The notes below the pieces were generated by a model that did no database searches, was not told the DNA's origin, and worked only from the letters and a program-made list of their open reading frames with translations. DNA of 64,000 nucleotides from Nitrospirota bacterium (GTDB lineage Bacteria; Nitrospirota; UBA9217): contig CAVVUN010000015.1 in NCBI GenBank assembly GCA_963751455.1, forward strand, positions 416,001 through 480,000, read 5' to 3'. The position numbers and the translations under genes were made by a program. This document shows, in pieces, positions 41,724 to 52,039 of the stretch (position 1 is its first letter; every line of letters begins with the position of its first letter).

Positions 41724-42091
41724 GCCTCTTTAAGAAGCAGCTCGGCAAGGAAGGCGAAGACCATGCCGCGAAGTTTTTAACCAGGCGCGGGTACAAGATC
41801 CTCGAACGGAATTACCAGACCCGGAGCGGCGAAATAGACCTTGTCGCGCTGCATCAGGGATACGTGGTCTTTGTCGAGGTAAAAACGAGGACCAGTGACG
41901 CATATGGTGCTCCGGAGATGGCCGTGAATCCACGGAAGCAGCAGCGGATGATCAAGGCAGCGCTCGGCTATATCAAATACAAGAAGCTGCATCAGGTCCC
42001 CTGCCGTTTTGATGTGGTCGCGATCAGCGGCGCAGGGCAGGACGTCGAACTCATAGAGAACGCATTCGAGGTGGACAGGACGAATCTGTAG
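41720..42091 (+). CDS. yraN: YraN (UPF0102) family endonuclease-like protein
   Basis: LGKEGE..A, GEIDLV, FVEVKTR, RFDVVAI. Confidence 0.92.
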   Translation: MSLFKKQLGKEGEDHAAKFLTRRGYKILERNYQTRSGEIDLVALHQGYVVFVEVKTRTSDAYGAPEMAVNPRKQQRMIKAALGYIKYKKLHQVPCRFDVVAISGAGQDVELIENAFEVDRTNL

Positions 42092-42177
42092 TAGCAGTGT
42101 CAAAGAAAAAGCACCAAATGTCAAAGATTTTACTCCGACACTCTGATACTTTGATTTCTTGTTCTGAGGGGATTCCC

Positions 42178-42635
42178 ATGATCGACTTGCTAAAAAAGAT
42201 CCATCTGTTCGAAACTCTCACCGGACCCGAGCTGGAGAAGATACTCAAAATCTGCGTGAAGGAGACCTTTCCGAAGGACGCTGTTATCTTCAAGGAAGGC
42301 GAACCGGGGGACCGGTGCTACATCATTACGAGCGGCGCAGTCCGAATCAGCAAGTTCATTCCCAATATCGGGGAGGAAGCGCTGGCCGTTCTCAAAAGTA
42401 TGACTATTTCGGCGAGATGGCGCTGATAGACAATTTTCCGCGCTCGGCGCACGCGATTGTAAACGAAGACGCCGATGTATTCGCGATCAACAAGACCGAC
42501 CTCGACAAGATCCTTATAACCGACCATGAACTCGCGTACAAAATATTCTGGACCTTTACCAAGACGCTGTCGAGACGGCTCAGGGAAACGAATGAGAAAC
42601 TGGCAAGCTTTCTTGCCATGTCCGGCGGCTTTTAG
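42178..42635 (+). CDS. Cyclic nucleotide-binding domain protein (frameshift at ~42398)
   Basis: IFKEGEPGD..YIITSGAVRI; YFGEMALIDNFPRSA in the next frame. Confidence 0.85.
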
Positions 42636-42694
42636 GATTGGCTGTTGTCAGGTCCCGAATGCGGTGGTATAGTGATCTTGCGTTTTTTTAATTC

Positions 42695-44012
42695 GTGACA
42701 AAGAAATCATTTAAAATAGGAATGGTAAGCCTGGGTTGTCCCAAAAACCAGGTTGACGCCGAGCAGATGCTCGGTGTGCTCTCAGGCTCGGGCTTCGAAA
42801 TTACTCCGGACCAGGGTGATGCAGATCTGATCGTCGTCAATACATGCGGATTCATCGAGTCCGCCAAGGAAGAATCGATCGAGGCCATCCTCGAAGCGAC
42901 AGGAATGAAAAAGAGCGGCCGCTGCACGAAAGTAGTCATAGCGGGCTGCCTGGCACAGCGCTACAAGGATGAACTTCTGAAAGAGCTGCCCGAGGCCGAC
43001 GCGGTGATCGGCACTGCCGAAATCGGCCGGATCAGTGAGATTTGCGAAGAGGTCCTGGAAGGAAAGAAACCGTTTTTCAGGGTATACATCGCCTGAGATG
43101 GTATATGGACTTCCCCGCCTGAGCACCACGCCTGCCCACTATCGCTATCTCAAGATCGCCGAGGGCTGCAGCAACCGGTGTTCCTACTGCGCGATACCGA
43201 TAATACGCGGAAATTTCAAAAGCAGGCCGTACCTCTCTATCATCGAGGAAGCGCATGCACTGGCCGCCCAGGGAGCGAAAGAACTGGTCCTTTTGGCTCA
43301 GGATTCTACTGCTTACCGGGACGGGGATAAAGATCTTCCGGCATTACTGCAGGACATGACAGCAGTCGCCGAAATCGAGTGGATCCGGCTGATGTATGCG
43401 TATCCCGGCCGGATCAGCGAGAAGCTGGTCAGCGTATTTGCTGAACAAGAGAAGATCTGCAAATATCTGGATGTGCCGATACAGCATGTAGACGATGCAG
43501 TGCTGACCGCCATGAACCGGCGAGGAACGGCAGATGATATAAAAAAGACGATCGAGCTTCTTCGAGCGCGCGTGCCCGGGATCGTTCTTCGCACTTCACT
43601 GATCGTCGGGTTTCCCGGAGAGACGGACGCGGCGTTCAAGCGGCTGCTGGCATTCGTGAAAGAGGCGGAGTTCGAGCATCTCGGAGTTTTTGTCTACTCG
43701 CCTGAAGAAGGAACACCTGCCCGCGATCTCAAACAGGAAGTTCCGCCGGAAGTTGCAAACGACCGGCTCGACCGGATCATGAAAGCCCAGGCCGGGATAT
43801 CGCTCAAGAAGAACCGAGCCTTGATCGGAGCAAGGCGAAGAGTCCTTGTCGACGGGATCGAGGACATGGCGCTTATCGGCAGGCTTTCGACGCAGGCGCC
43901 GGACATCGACGGAGTGGTGTATCTCTCCAAAACCGAAGCAGCGCCGGGCCAGTTCGTGGAAGTCACGATCATGGATGCGACAGAGTATGACCTGGTGGGA
44001 AAGGCACAGTAG
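42695..44012 (+). CDS. rimO: Ribosomal protein S12 methylthiotransferase (frameshift at ~43080)
   Basis: SLGCPKN, NTCGFI..AKEES, KIAEGCSNRCSYC radical-SAM motif, APDIDG TRAM domain. Confidence 0.93.
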
Positions 44013-44019
44013 AATACCA

Positions 44020-44277
44020 TCCGCAGATTTCGCAGATTACACAGATAAAAAATATTTTGTAACTACTCAGGTCATTTTTTACCCGCAGATTACGCAAATT
44101 TCGCAGATAAAACAAAACCAGAATTCCGGTTTTAGAATCTGCGTCAATCTGCGAAATCTGCGGATAGAAGGGCTTTTTCTTAAGCGATGGAAAGATTTAA
44201 AGAGTGGTTTTTCCGATTATGCCGATGTTAACACCCGGCGATTAATATAATCTGCGAAATCTGCGTAATCTGCGGCT
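44020..44277. repeat. Cluster of inverted 9-mer arrays (cgcagattt / aatctgcg type)
   Basis: ccgcagatttcgcagattacacagat ... aatctgcgaaatctgcgg; related copies at ~27240, ~32985 and ~38660. Confidence 0.8.
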
Positions 44278-44289
44278 AAAAATATAAAT

Positions 44290-45513
44290 ATGGAAAGGGA
44301 CTTTATGGATACCAATAATCATGTTGCAGATGTAACAACCGGCGAAGAGAACTTCGCGGAGATGTTCGAGAAGAGCATGGAGAAGAAGCAGGGAAGACTC
44401 CAGCCCGGCCAGATGGTCGAAACCGTCATCGTAAAGATTTCCGAAGACTGGATTTTTCTCGATCTCGGCGGCAAGGGCGAAGGCTATCTTGATAAAAAGG
44501 AAATGGTCGATGAAGCCGGAAACCTCACTGTCAAGGAAGGCGAAACCGTCCGTGCGTACTTCGTGTCTTCCGATAACAATGAGATGCATTTTACGACAAA
44601 GATAGGCTCAGGCCCCGGGAAGCAGACCCAGATAGAGGACGCCTGGAGAAATCAGGTCCCGGTAGAGGGCACGATCTCGAAAGAGATAAAGGGCGGGTTC
44701 GAGGTGAAGATCGGCGGCAGCGTTCGGGCCTTCTGCCCTTTTTCGCTGACCGGCATCCGGAGGGAAGAACAGTCGGCTGATTACATGGGGCGATCGCTCA
44801 CCTTCAAGATTGTGGAGTACGCCGAGGACGGCAGGAATATTGTTTTGTCCCGGAAAAGCATACTGGAAGAGGAGCGGCAGGAGAAACAGCGTGCACTAAA
44901 AGAGAGCCTGAAAGAAGGCATGAAAGTGCGGGGAAAAGTAACCTCTATACAGAAGTTCGGCGCATTCGTGGACATCGGAGGCCTTGAGGGCTTGCTTCCG
45001 GTCTCGGAGATCGCATGGACCAGGACCGAGAAGGTGAGTGACATACTTTCCGCCGGACAGGAAGTGGAAATTATCATCAAGAAGCTCGATTGGGACAACA
45101 ACAGGTTCTCGTTCAGCCTGAAGGACGCGTTGCCGGATCCCTGGAACCGGGCCGCGGAACTCTTTCCGCTCGGCTCGTACCACACGGGAACGGTTTCCCG
45201 CCTGATGGCGTTCGGAGCGTTTGTCACGTTGAAAGAGGGAATCGACGGGCTTATTCACATTTCAAAACTTGGCGCAGGCAGAAGGATCAATCATCCCCGT
45301 GAGGTTGTGAAAGAAGGTCAGGCTGTCGAAGTCAAGATTGAAGCAGTTGATTCGGCACAGAGAAAACTCTCACTGTCGCTCGCGGATGTCAGCCGTGCGG
45401 AAGAAGAAGCGGCCGCAACCTTGAAGGACTATCAGCAGCAGGAAGCGGAGGCTCCGAAGACCATGGGAACCCTGGGCGATCTTTTGAAGGCGAAGATAGA
45501 GCAGAAGAAGTAA
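44290..45513 (+). CDS. rpsA: 30S ribosomal protein S1, short form with about 4 S1 domains
   Basis: S1 repeats FGAFVDIGGLEGLL, FGAFVTLKEGIDGLIHIS; C-terminal TLGDLLK. Confidence 0.88.
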   Translation: MERDFMDTNNHVADVTTGEENFAEMFEKSMEKKQGRLQPGQMVETVIVKISEDWIFLDLGGKGEGYLDKKEMVDEAGNLTVKEGETVRAYFVSSDNNEMHFTTKIGSGPGKQTQIEDAWRNQVPVEGTISKEIKGGFEVKIGGSVRAFCPFSLTGIRREEQSADYMGRSLTFKIVEYAEDGRNIVLSRKSILEEERQEKQRALKESLKEGMKVRGKVTSIQKFGAFVDIGGLEGLLPVSEIAWTRTEKVSDILSAGQEVEIIIKKLDWDNNRFSFSLKDALPDPWNRAAELFPLGSYHTGTVSRLMAFGAFVTLKEGIDGLIHISKLGAGRRINHPREVVKEGQAVEVKIEAVDSAQRKLSLSLADVSRAEEEAAATLKDYQQQEAEAPKTMGTLGDLLKAKIEQKK

Positions 45514-45539
45514 AATAACTCAAACAAATTGTCATGCCG

Positions 45540-45574
45540 AAAACCGCTGTCTCTGTATCCTGACAGCGGTTTTT
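45540..45574 (+). terminator. Intrinsic terminator after rpsA
   Basis: aaaaccgctgtc-loop-gacagcggttttt. Confidence 0.85.
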
Positions 45575-45960
45575 CAGTTTACAAGCCGTTGACGCCATTT
45601 TCGACCGCCCTATCTTCCAGACTACGGATTTTTATAAGCGGGCGGAAATTCCGAAGGCAAGCGTCATGCGCATTCTCGATGCACTAAAAAACATAGTATC
45701 CTGGTCCCTCTACGCGTCGGAAAAGGGAGGCAGACTTCGATTCTTATGTTTAAAAAGCTCATTGATATTGTTGAGAAATAGTGTTCGCGCCGCAGGGATT
45801 AGTTACTATTCTCTTCGTGTCTCACAAATAGCGTTTTATGAGACACAAATTATTTAGCGTCTCACGGGTGAGTTGCAACAGCTGATACCAATCAATTAGA
45901 TAAAATTAAGATCTGTGAATCATCGAGCCGTATCATGGAACGGTGTTAGACCCCGCCTGC

Positions 45961-46078
45961 GGCTCGGGCCCCGGGAAACAGACCCAGATAGAGGATGCCT
46001 GGAGAAATCACGTTCCGGTAGAGGGCACGATCACGAAAGAGATAAAGGGCGGGTTTGAGGTGAAAATCGGCGGCAGCG
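45961..46078 (+). pseudogene. 118-bp internal fragment of a diverged rpsA allele
   Basis: Matches 44605-44722 with 8 substitutions, 6 of them synonymous. Confidence 0.88.
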
Positions 46079-46167
46079 CTCCTAATCTCCCCTGTAACTA
46101 GTCTTTCTTTTCTGCTTTATATCCTAAAAAAACTAGGCTATACTCCTATACATCCAAGTTTTCGATA

Positions 46168-46494
46168 ATGGATATTCTTCCCGATGCATGGCTGCATCAA
46201 GTAAAGATAATGGGCAAAAGCATTGAGGAAGAAGGGAAAGAAAAAATATTGGAGGTTGATTCAATTTTCGTTATTGAAGATGAAATAAGTGGAGAGCAAG
46301 GTCGAGGCGAGGGCCGCTCCTTCTGGGAATCAGCGTCGTTGGAAGAGTTAGCCGAGGAGCAAGCTGTTGCCCCGGTATCGGCTCTTGATGAACTTTTCGA
46401 TCTGTGGCCTGGCGATGATAATCCTGATGATTTGATGCGCTTTGTATTAGAAGAACGAACAGGCAGGCGAAAAGTAAATGCCGGGGGAGCCTGA
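46168..46494 (+). CDS. Hypothetical protein, possibly antitoxin-like (may be a fragment)
   Basis: Acidic 108 aa; TGATG overlap with a PIN-like start. Confidence 0.5.
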   Translation: MDILPDAWLHQVKIMGKSIEEEGKEKILEVDSIFVIEDEISGEQGRGEGRSFWESASLEELAEEQAVAPVSALDELFDLWPGDDNPDDLMRFVLEERTGRRKVNAGGA

Positions 46495-46572
46495 TGGACG
46501 CAGTCCTGCTCGATACCACGGTTAGTCTTCTTCACCCCAAGAAAAAAGGCAAGCCTTCATTTCGTACGTAAA
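46494..46572 (+). pseudogene. N-terminal remnant of a PIN/VapC toxin
   Basis: MDAVLLDTTVSLLHPKKKG then premature stop; hhhDT PIN motif. Confidence 0.55.
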
Positions 46573-46760
46573 TTATCCGCTAAGGCAGCACAGCACTCGC
46601 GGTAATTTGGAAAAAATAACGCTTCTCCGCATTTTTATCACTCTCCGACCATTTAGCTTCTCCTTGCAATTTCGAGCGATATGTAATATTTTAGTTTCAT
46701 AATTTCACCCCCTTCAAAGAGTTTCGGATTGGGAGCCGGCTGTCTTTATTCTCAAGGGTT

Positions 46761-47534
46761 ATGACAAAGTTCCGTATATACGTTGATGAAGTCGGGAACC
46801 CGGATCTGAACAGCTCGGACAATCCGAATCATCGGTTTCTTAGCCTGACCGGCGTAATACTTGATCTCAGATATGTGGAATCAGTCGTGCATCCTCAAAT
46901 GGAGGCGTTGAAGACCAAATATTTTAACTCTCATCCGGATGACCCAATCATTTTCCATCGAAAAGAAATGGTGAATGCATGGCCGCCTTTTGAAATTTTG
47001 AAGGAGCCGGATCAATTGGAAGGGTTTGATCGAGAACTTCTTGCGCACATGACAACATGGGATTACCGCGTCATATCGGTTTGTCTTGATAAAAAGAATC
47101 ATAAGGAAACCTATGCCACATGGAGATACGACCCTTATCATTATTGTCTCGCCGTGCTGCTCGAACGTTTTGTCTTTTTTCTAAATCAACATGAGAGCCA
47201 GGGAGACGTGATGGCTGAATCCAGAGGCGGCAAGGAAGACAGGCGTCTGAAGGATTCCTTTGCCCGCTTATGGGAAACAGGAACTGACTATGTTGCGCCT
47301 GATCAGTTTGAGAAGGCTCTTACGAGTAAACAGCTTAAGGTAAAGCAGAAGACAAATAATATTTCCGGTCTTCAACTTGCAGATTTGCTGGCGCACCCGA
47401 GCAGAAATGAAATCCTGCATGAGCGGGGGCTACTGGATAAAAAGATGGGGTTTTTTGCTCAGAAAGTAATTGAGGTTTTGCAGGGTAAGTATTACCAGCG
47501 AGATGGGCGGATATACGGAAAGAAATTCATGTAG
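46761..47534 (+). CDS. DUF3800 family protein (predicted RNase H-like fold)
   Basis: N-terminal IYVDEVG, FHRKE, ESRG, C-terminal GLQLADLLA. Confidence 0.85.
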   Translation: MTKFRIYVDEVGNPDLNSSDNPNHRFLSLTGVILDLRYVESVVHPQMEALKTKYFNSHPDDPIIFHRKEMVNAWPPFEILKEPDQLEGFDRELLAHMTTWDYRVISVCLDKKNHKETYATWRYDPYHYCLAVLLERFVFFLNQHESQGDVMAESRGGKEDRRLKDSFARLWETGTDYVAPDQFEKALTSKQLKVKQKTNNISGLQLADLLAHPSRNEILHERGLLDKKMGFFAQKVIEVLQGKYYQRDGRIYGKKFM

Positions 47535-47539
47535 GCAAT

Positions 47540-47597
47540 AAAAAAGGCCCTCAAGGGGCCCGATGGCTTTCGCCATCCACCTCCGGTATCCCGGATT
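47540..47597 (-). ncRNA. Candidate DUF3800-associated small RNA (three hairpins, own promoter and terminator)
   Basis: TTGACT-17-TATAGT at 47632-47604; UCCGG-GAUA-CCGGA, GAUGGC-GAAA-GCCAUC, GGCCC-CUUGA-GGGCC-UUUUUU. Confidence 0.75.
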
Positions 47598-47677
47598 GAT
47601 ATTACTATAACCGTAAGAAATGACTAAGTCAACAAATTTATTCATTTTTGGATAATCGAAAAACTTGCTGAGGCAAT

Positions 47678-48616
47678 ATGTATTCAAAGGGCGATCGAGT
47701 AAAACATCCGGCAAGACCTCAATGGGGAATCGGGGAGATCCGGGAAGTCCTGCCGGACTCCAAGGTAAAGGTATTTTTTGTCAATGATGGAGAAAAGACG
47801 CTGTCACTAAAGGAGCTAAAACTAATCCAGGTCGAAGGGCCGGACGCTGCTCATCCGCTTCTCGATAATCCGCAGCCTCAAAAGTCGCTAAAATCTCGAA
47901 GAACGCAAAAGAAAAAAACAAACGCGAACAAACGATTCAACAATCTGCAAGGGGCGATAGGATATTTTTTAAGGCTCTTCCCTGAAGGGTTTGATGGCAA
48001 GGAGTTTCTGGACAACGAGCGCAACTATAAAATTGCGGAGCGAGATCTCCTTCTGAGCCTGTTAAACGAGAATGATCTGTCCAGCTTGCTGAAGGCAGAT
48101 AATCACGCTGAAATATGCAAGCGCGCCAGACAGGTGACAAATAAAACGAACCTCATATTTAAAACGGAAAGAGCCTCTTTTAACGACGGACTGAAATCAG
48201 CAGATAATCAGATGGAATTCTCCGGGACGCTTTTCGATTTATTATATGGAAAAGGAGAGCTTGAACACCGATTTTCAGCTTTGGCGGATTGCCTGCAGCG
48301 GATCGGCGCGGCCAAATGGCCGGTTGCCTCGTATTTTCTCTTTATGAGATATTCGGATGAGCACATGTTTTTGAAGCCTAGGTCAGCACAACGTCTCGCC
48401 GATGTATGCAATTTTGAATTGAACTATCATCCCGATCCGAACTGGCTCACGTATAAAAGTCTTCTGGAATTCGCCCGCTATCTTTACGAAGCATTGAAGG
48501 CAGACGGTCTTAACCCGAGGGACCTGATCGACGTTCAGTCCTTCATATGGTGCGTTGACGATAATGCGTATCAAAAAAAACAAGTAAAAGAAGCACAAGT
48601 TTTATCAGGAGAATGA
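47678..48616 (+). CDS. DUF3553-domain protein
   Basis: GDRVKHP..PQWGIG...V.FVN.G.K N-terminal domain; C-terminal [12 protein letters not shown]. Confidence 0.7.
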   Translation: MYSKGDRVKHPARPQWGIGEIREVLPDSKVKVFFVNDGEKTLSLKELKLIQVEGPDAAHPLLDNPQPQKSLKSRRTQKKKTNANKRFNNLQGAIGYFLRLFPEGFDGKEFLDNERNYKIAERDLLLSLLNENDLSSLLKADNHAEICKRARQVTNKTNLIFKTERASFNDGLKSADNQMEFSGTLFDLLYGKGELEHRFSALADCLQRIGAAKWPVASYFLFMRYSDEHMFLKPRSAQRLADVCNFELNYHPDPNWLTYKSLLEFARYLYEALKADGLNPRDLIDVQSFIWCVDDNAYQKKQVKEAQVLSGE

Positions 48617-48620
48617 TCTT

Positions 48621-50222
48621 ATGTCGCGCAATGACAAGGAAAAAAAGAACCAGAATGATGAACCGCTCGAGAAAAAGCTTTGGAGGTCGGCCGATAAGCT
48701 TCGGAAGAACATGGATGCAGCCGAATATAAGCACGTCGTATTAGGCTTAATCTTCCTCAAATACATTTCCGACGCCTTTGAGGAACTCTACGACAAGCTC
48801 AAGGAAGGCAAGGGCGACTATTCGGGCGCTGATCCTGAAGATAAAAATGAATATACTGCGGAAAAGGTATTTTATGTGCCGCCGTCAGCCCGGTGGCGAT
48901 GGCTTCAAGGGAGGGCCAAACTTCCGACCATCGGCAAGGATATAGACGATGCCATGGATGCTATCGAAAAAGACAACCTCTCTCTTCGAGGAGTGTTGCC
49001 GAAGGTTTATGCGCAGGAGAAGTTGGACAAGCAAAGTCTGGGCGGGCTGATTGATTTGATCGGCAGCGCAGCAATCGGGACTATGGAAGCGCGGAGCAAG
49101 GATGTGCTTGGCAAAGTGTATGAATACTTCCTTGGCGAATTTGCGCTGGCCGAAGGCAAAAAGGGCGGACAGTTCTATACGCCGGGGAGCGTGGTAAAGC
49201 TGTTGGTCGAGATGCTGGAGCCTTACGAAGGCCGCGTGTTCGACCCGTGCTGCGGTTCCGGCGGTATGTTTGTGCAGAGCGAAAAGTTCGTTGAGGCTCA
49301 CCGGGATTACTACAAGAAAAAAGGCAACGGGTTATCTCTCAATCCGGCAGATCGCATCTCAATTTACGGACAGGAGAGCAATCAGACTACCTGGCGTCTT
49401 GCAAAGATGAATCTTGCCATCCGTCATATCGACAGCAGTAACGTAAAGTGGAACAACGAAGGTTCATTCCTGAATGACGCGCACAAGGATCTAAAAGCCG
49501 ATTATATTATTGCCAACCCGCCTTTTAATGACAGTGACTGGAGCGGCGACTTGGTCCGCGATGACGCCCGTTGGAGCGTGCTGGGCAAAAAACTCCCGCC
49601 GCCACCTGCCAATGCCAACTATGCCTGGATACAGCACTTCCTCTATCACCTTGCTCCTACAGGCATGGCGGGCTTTGTGCTGGCAAAAGGCTCTCTCACA
49701 ACCAGAACGAACAACGAAGGCGAGATACGCAAGGCGATGGTGGAAAACGATCTGATCGACTGCATCGTGAATCTGCCCACTAAGCTGTTCCTCAATACTC
49801 AAATACCAGCCTGCCTGTGGTTCCTACGCAGAAACAAGCAGAAGCGTAAAGGCGAGATTCTCTTTATTGATGCCCGCAATATGGGTTTTTTGATCAATCG
49901 CAGAAACAGGGAATTGTCCGACGATGACATTACTCTGATTGCGAGCACGTACCACAACTGGCGCACGGGCGAAGGTGAATACAAGGACGTTCCTGGATTC
50001 TGCAAAGCGGCGCCGGTGCCACAAGTGAAAGCATTGAACTATGTGACGATACCCGGCAGATACATCGGTTTGCCTGATGATGGTGACGATTTTAATTTCA
50101 CTGAAAGATACAAGTCCTTGAAGGCGGAGCTGGAACAGCAGATGGCTGAAGAAGCATCACTTAATAAGAGCATAGAGACAAACCTTGCAAAAATCAATTT
50201 AACGGCCGACATTAATGAATGA
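48621..50222 (+). CDS. hsdM: Type I RM methyltransferase (m6A)
   Basis: [31 protein letters not shown]. Confidence 0.95.
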   Translation: MSRNDKEKKNQNDEPLEKKLWRSADKLRKNMDAAEYKHVVLGLIFLKYISDAFEELYDKLKEGKGDYSGADPEDKNEYTAEKVFYVPPSARWRWLQGRAKLPTIGKDIDDAMDAIEKDNLSLRGVLPKVYAQEKLDKQSLGGLIDLIGSAAIGTMEARSKDVLGKVYEYFLGEFALAEGKKGGQFYTPGSVVKLLVEMLEPYEGRVFDPCCGSGGMFVQSEKFVEAHRDYYKKKGNGLSLNPADRISIYGQESNQTTWRLAKMNLAIRHIDSSNVKWNNEGSFLNDAHKDLKADYIIANPPFNDSDWSGDLVRDDARWSVLGKKLPPPPANANYAWIQHFLYHLAPTGMAGFVLAKGSLTTRTNNEGEIRKAMVENDLIDCIVNLPTKLFLNTQIPACLWFLRRNKQKRKGEILFIDARNMGFLINRRNRELSDDDITLIASTYHNWRTGEGEYKDVPGFCKAAPVPQVKALNYVTIPGRYIGLPDDGDDFNFTERYKSLKAELEQQMAEEASLNKSIETNLAKINLTADINE

Positions 50223-51381
50223 ATTTATAAGTACAGAGCTAGGGGAAGTCAATAAAGATTTTAGCCGTTTTAAGATTGAAGATATATCAATCAAAATGGC
50301 AGACGCTCCTTTTGGCTCTTCCATAAAAAATTACGACTACACTTCTGCAGGTGTAGTTGTTGTTCAAGGGAACAACATCAACGGTCGCAAATGCGACTGG
50401 TCAAGCTTAAGATTTGTCGATGAAGAAAAATATAAGTCATTGCCGAGAAGTCACTGCTTCATAGGGGATTTAGTTTTCCCTAAAGTTGGGACAATAGGGA
50501 AGGTAGGAATTCTTACAAAATATGATTTGCAAGAAAAATATCTTCTATCGACGAATACGATGATGCTGAGGGCAGATCCAGAAAAAGCAGATCAGCATTT
50601 TGTGTATTATTATTTTTCATCTCGAAGAGTAAGGGAATATATAGAGCTAATAAATGCAAACTCAGTCCAACCCGTGTTCAATTTTACATCATTAAAGAAT
50701 TTTCCGATTTATCTTCCCACCCTGCCCGAACAAAAATCTATAGCTGCTATACTCTGCAGCCTGGATGACAAAATAGAACTGTTGCACCGACAGAACACAA
50801 CTTTGGAAACTTTAGCGGAGACATTGTTCCGACAGTGGTTTGTGGAGGAGGCGGGTGAGAGCTGGAAGGCCGGGCGGTTGGGGGATGTAATAGAGCTTGT
50901 ATATGGGAAAGCCTTAAAAGAAGAACTCAGAGTTGGAAGCGGATTTCCTGTTGTTGGTTCAAGTGGCGTCGTAGGATATCATGGGGAGTTTTTAGTTGAA
51001 GGACCAGGCATTGTCATCGGCAGAAAAGGTACACTCGGCCGGGTAATTTATCTTTTTGAAAACTTCTTCCCGATTGATACGACCTATTTCATAAAATCTA
51101 AGGTCAATTCGGTTGGCCTGTTCTATGAATATTTTTTATTAAAGACATTAAATTTTGAAGAAATGAATTCAGATTCAGCAGTTCCAGGTCTTAATAGAGA
51201 CCTTGCACTATCTACTGAAATTAAAATAGCACCATTTGATAAATTAAAGCAATACAATGATTCTTGTGCTTCTTTATTTGAAAAACTAAAAACAAATAAC
51301 GTTCAAATTCGTACCCTGGCTCGCCTGCGCGATACACTATTGCCGAAGCTTATGAGTGGTGAGGTGCGAGTCAGTTCTTAG
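50215..51381 (+). CDS. hsdS: Type I RM specificity subunit
   Basis: Two TRDs; [21 protein letters not shown]; [13 protein letters not shown]. Confidence 0.95.
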   Translation: MNEFISTELGEVNKDFSRFKIEDISIKMADAPFGSSIKNYDYTSAGVVVVQGNNINGRKCDWSSLRFVDEEKYKSLPRSHCFIGDLVFPKVGTIGKVGILTKYDLQEKYLLSTNTMMLRADPEKADQHFVYYYFSSRRVREYIELINANSVQPVFNFTSLKNFPIYLPTLPEQKSIAAILCSLDDKIELLHRQNTTLETLAETLFRQWFVEEAGESWKAGRLGDVIELVYGKALKEELRVGSGFPVVGSSGVVGYHGEFLVEGPGIVIGRKGTLGRVIYLFENFFPIDTTYFIKSKVNSVGLFYEYFLLKTLNFEEMNSDSAVPGLNRDLALSTEIKIAPFDKLKQYNDSCASLFEKLKTNNVQIRTLARLRDTLLPKLMSGEVRVSS

Positions 51382-51388
51382 CGGATGA

Positions 51389-52039
51389 ATGGATAAACTC
51401 AAATCAATCATAGAGCAACACAGTCGATGGCAGCCTTTGACTGAATACGTGAGGCGTATCGAAGGCTATAGGGAAACTGATTTTGTTCTTTGTGTTGAGA
51501 ACGCAAAATCATTACTCGAAAGCATTGCAAAAGAAATCTGTACACAAAAAACGCAGTCTTACTCGAACGATGATAATACGGGCAAAATACTGAAACTGGC
51601 TTTTGCCTGCATGGGCTATGACGATACTGCGGCAGTCCGGCAAATCGGGGGAGCTATAGCAAACATCGGCCAGCAGATGGGAAACTTGCGCAATGACATC
51701 GGCGTAACCTCTCATGGCAGGCCGCTTTCAGAGCTTGAGGATCGCAAGGAGGTAATAAGCAAGGTTTCGTCCGATTTTTTACTTGGCGCAACGGAATTAC
51801 TTGCTTGCTTGCTAATCCAATTATTCGAGACAGAGTTTCCCCGGAAAACGGAAGAGCAGGAAGCCGTTGGTTACGATGACCATGAAGACTTTAATGAGGC
51901 ATGGGATGAACTATATGGTGAGTTTCAAATGGCTGATTATTCTTATGCGGCAAGTGAAATTCTGTACAACTTGGACCCCAAAGCATATCAAACAGAGTTA
52001 GACGCCTATAAGGTGGGCTCGAATGAAGATGTTAACTGA
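51389..52039 (+). CDS. Abortive-infection C-terminal (Abi_C-like) family protein
   Basis: ENAKSLLESIAK, LRNDIG..SHG (HEPN-like R...H); position inside the hsd operon. Confidence 0.65.
   Translation: MDKLKSIIEQHSRWQPLTEYVRRIEGYRETDFVLCVENAKSLLESIAKEICTQKTQSYSNDDNTGKILKLAFACMGYDDTAAVRQIGGAIANIGQQMGNLRNDIGVTSHGRPLSELEDRKEVISKVSSDFLLGATELLACLLIQLFETEFPRKTEEQEAVGYDDHEDFNEAWDELYGEFQMADYSYAASEILYNLDPKAYQTELDAYKVGSNEDVN

Noticed and set aside
44020-44277. Short repeats as a mini CRISPR array
   Set aside because: 9-mer units in inverted orientation with irregular spacing
44605-46078. rpsA segment and its copy as a DGR template/variable repeat pair
   Set aside because: Differences are mostly synonymous third-position changes, not adenine-specific, and no reverse transcriptase is present
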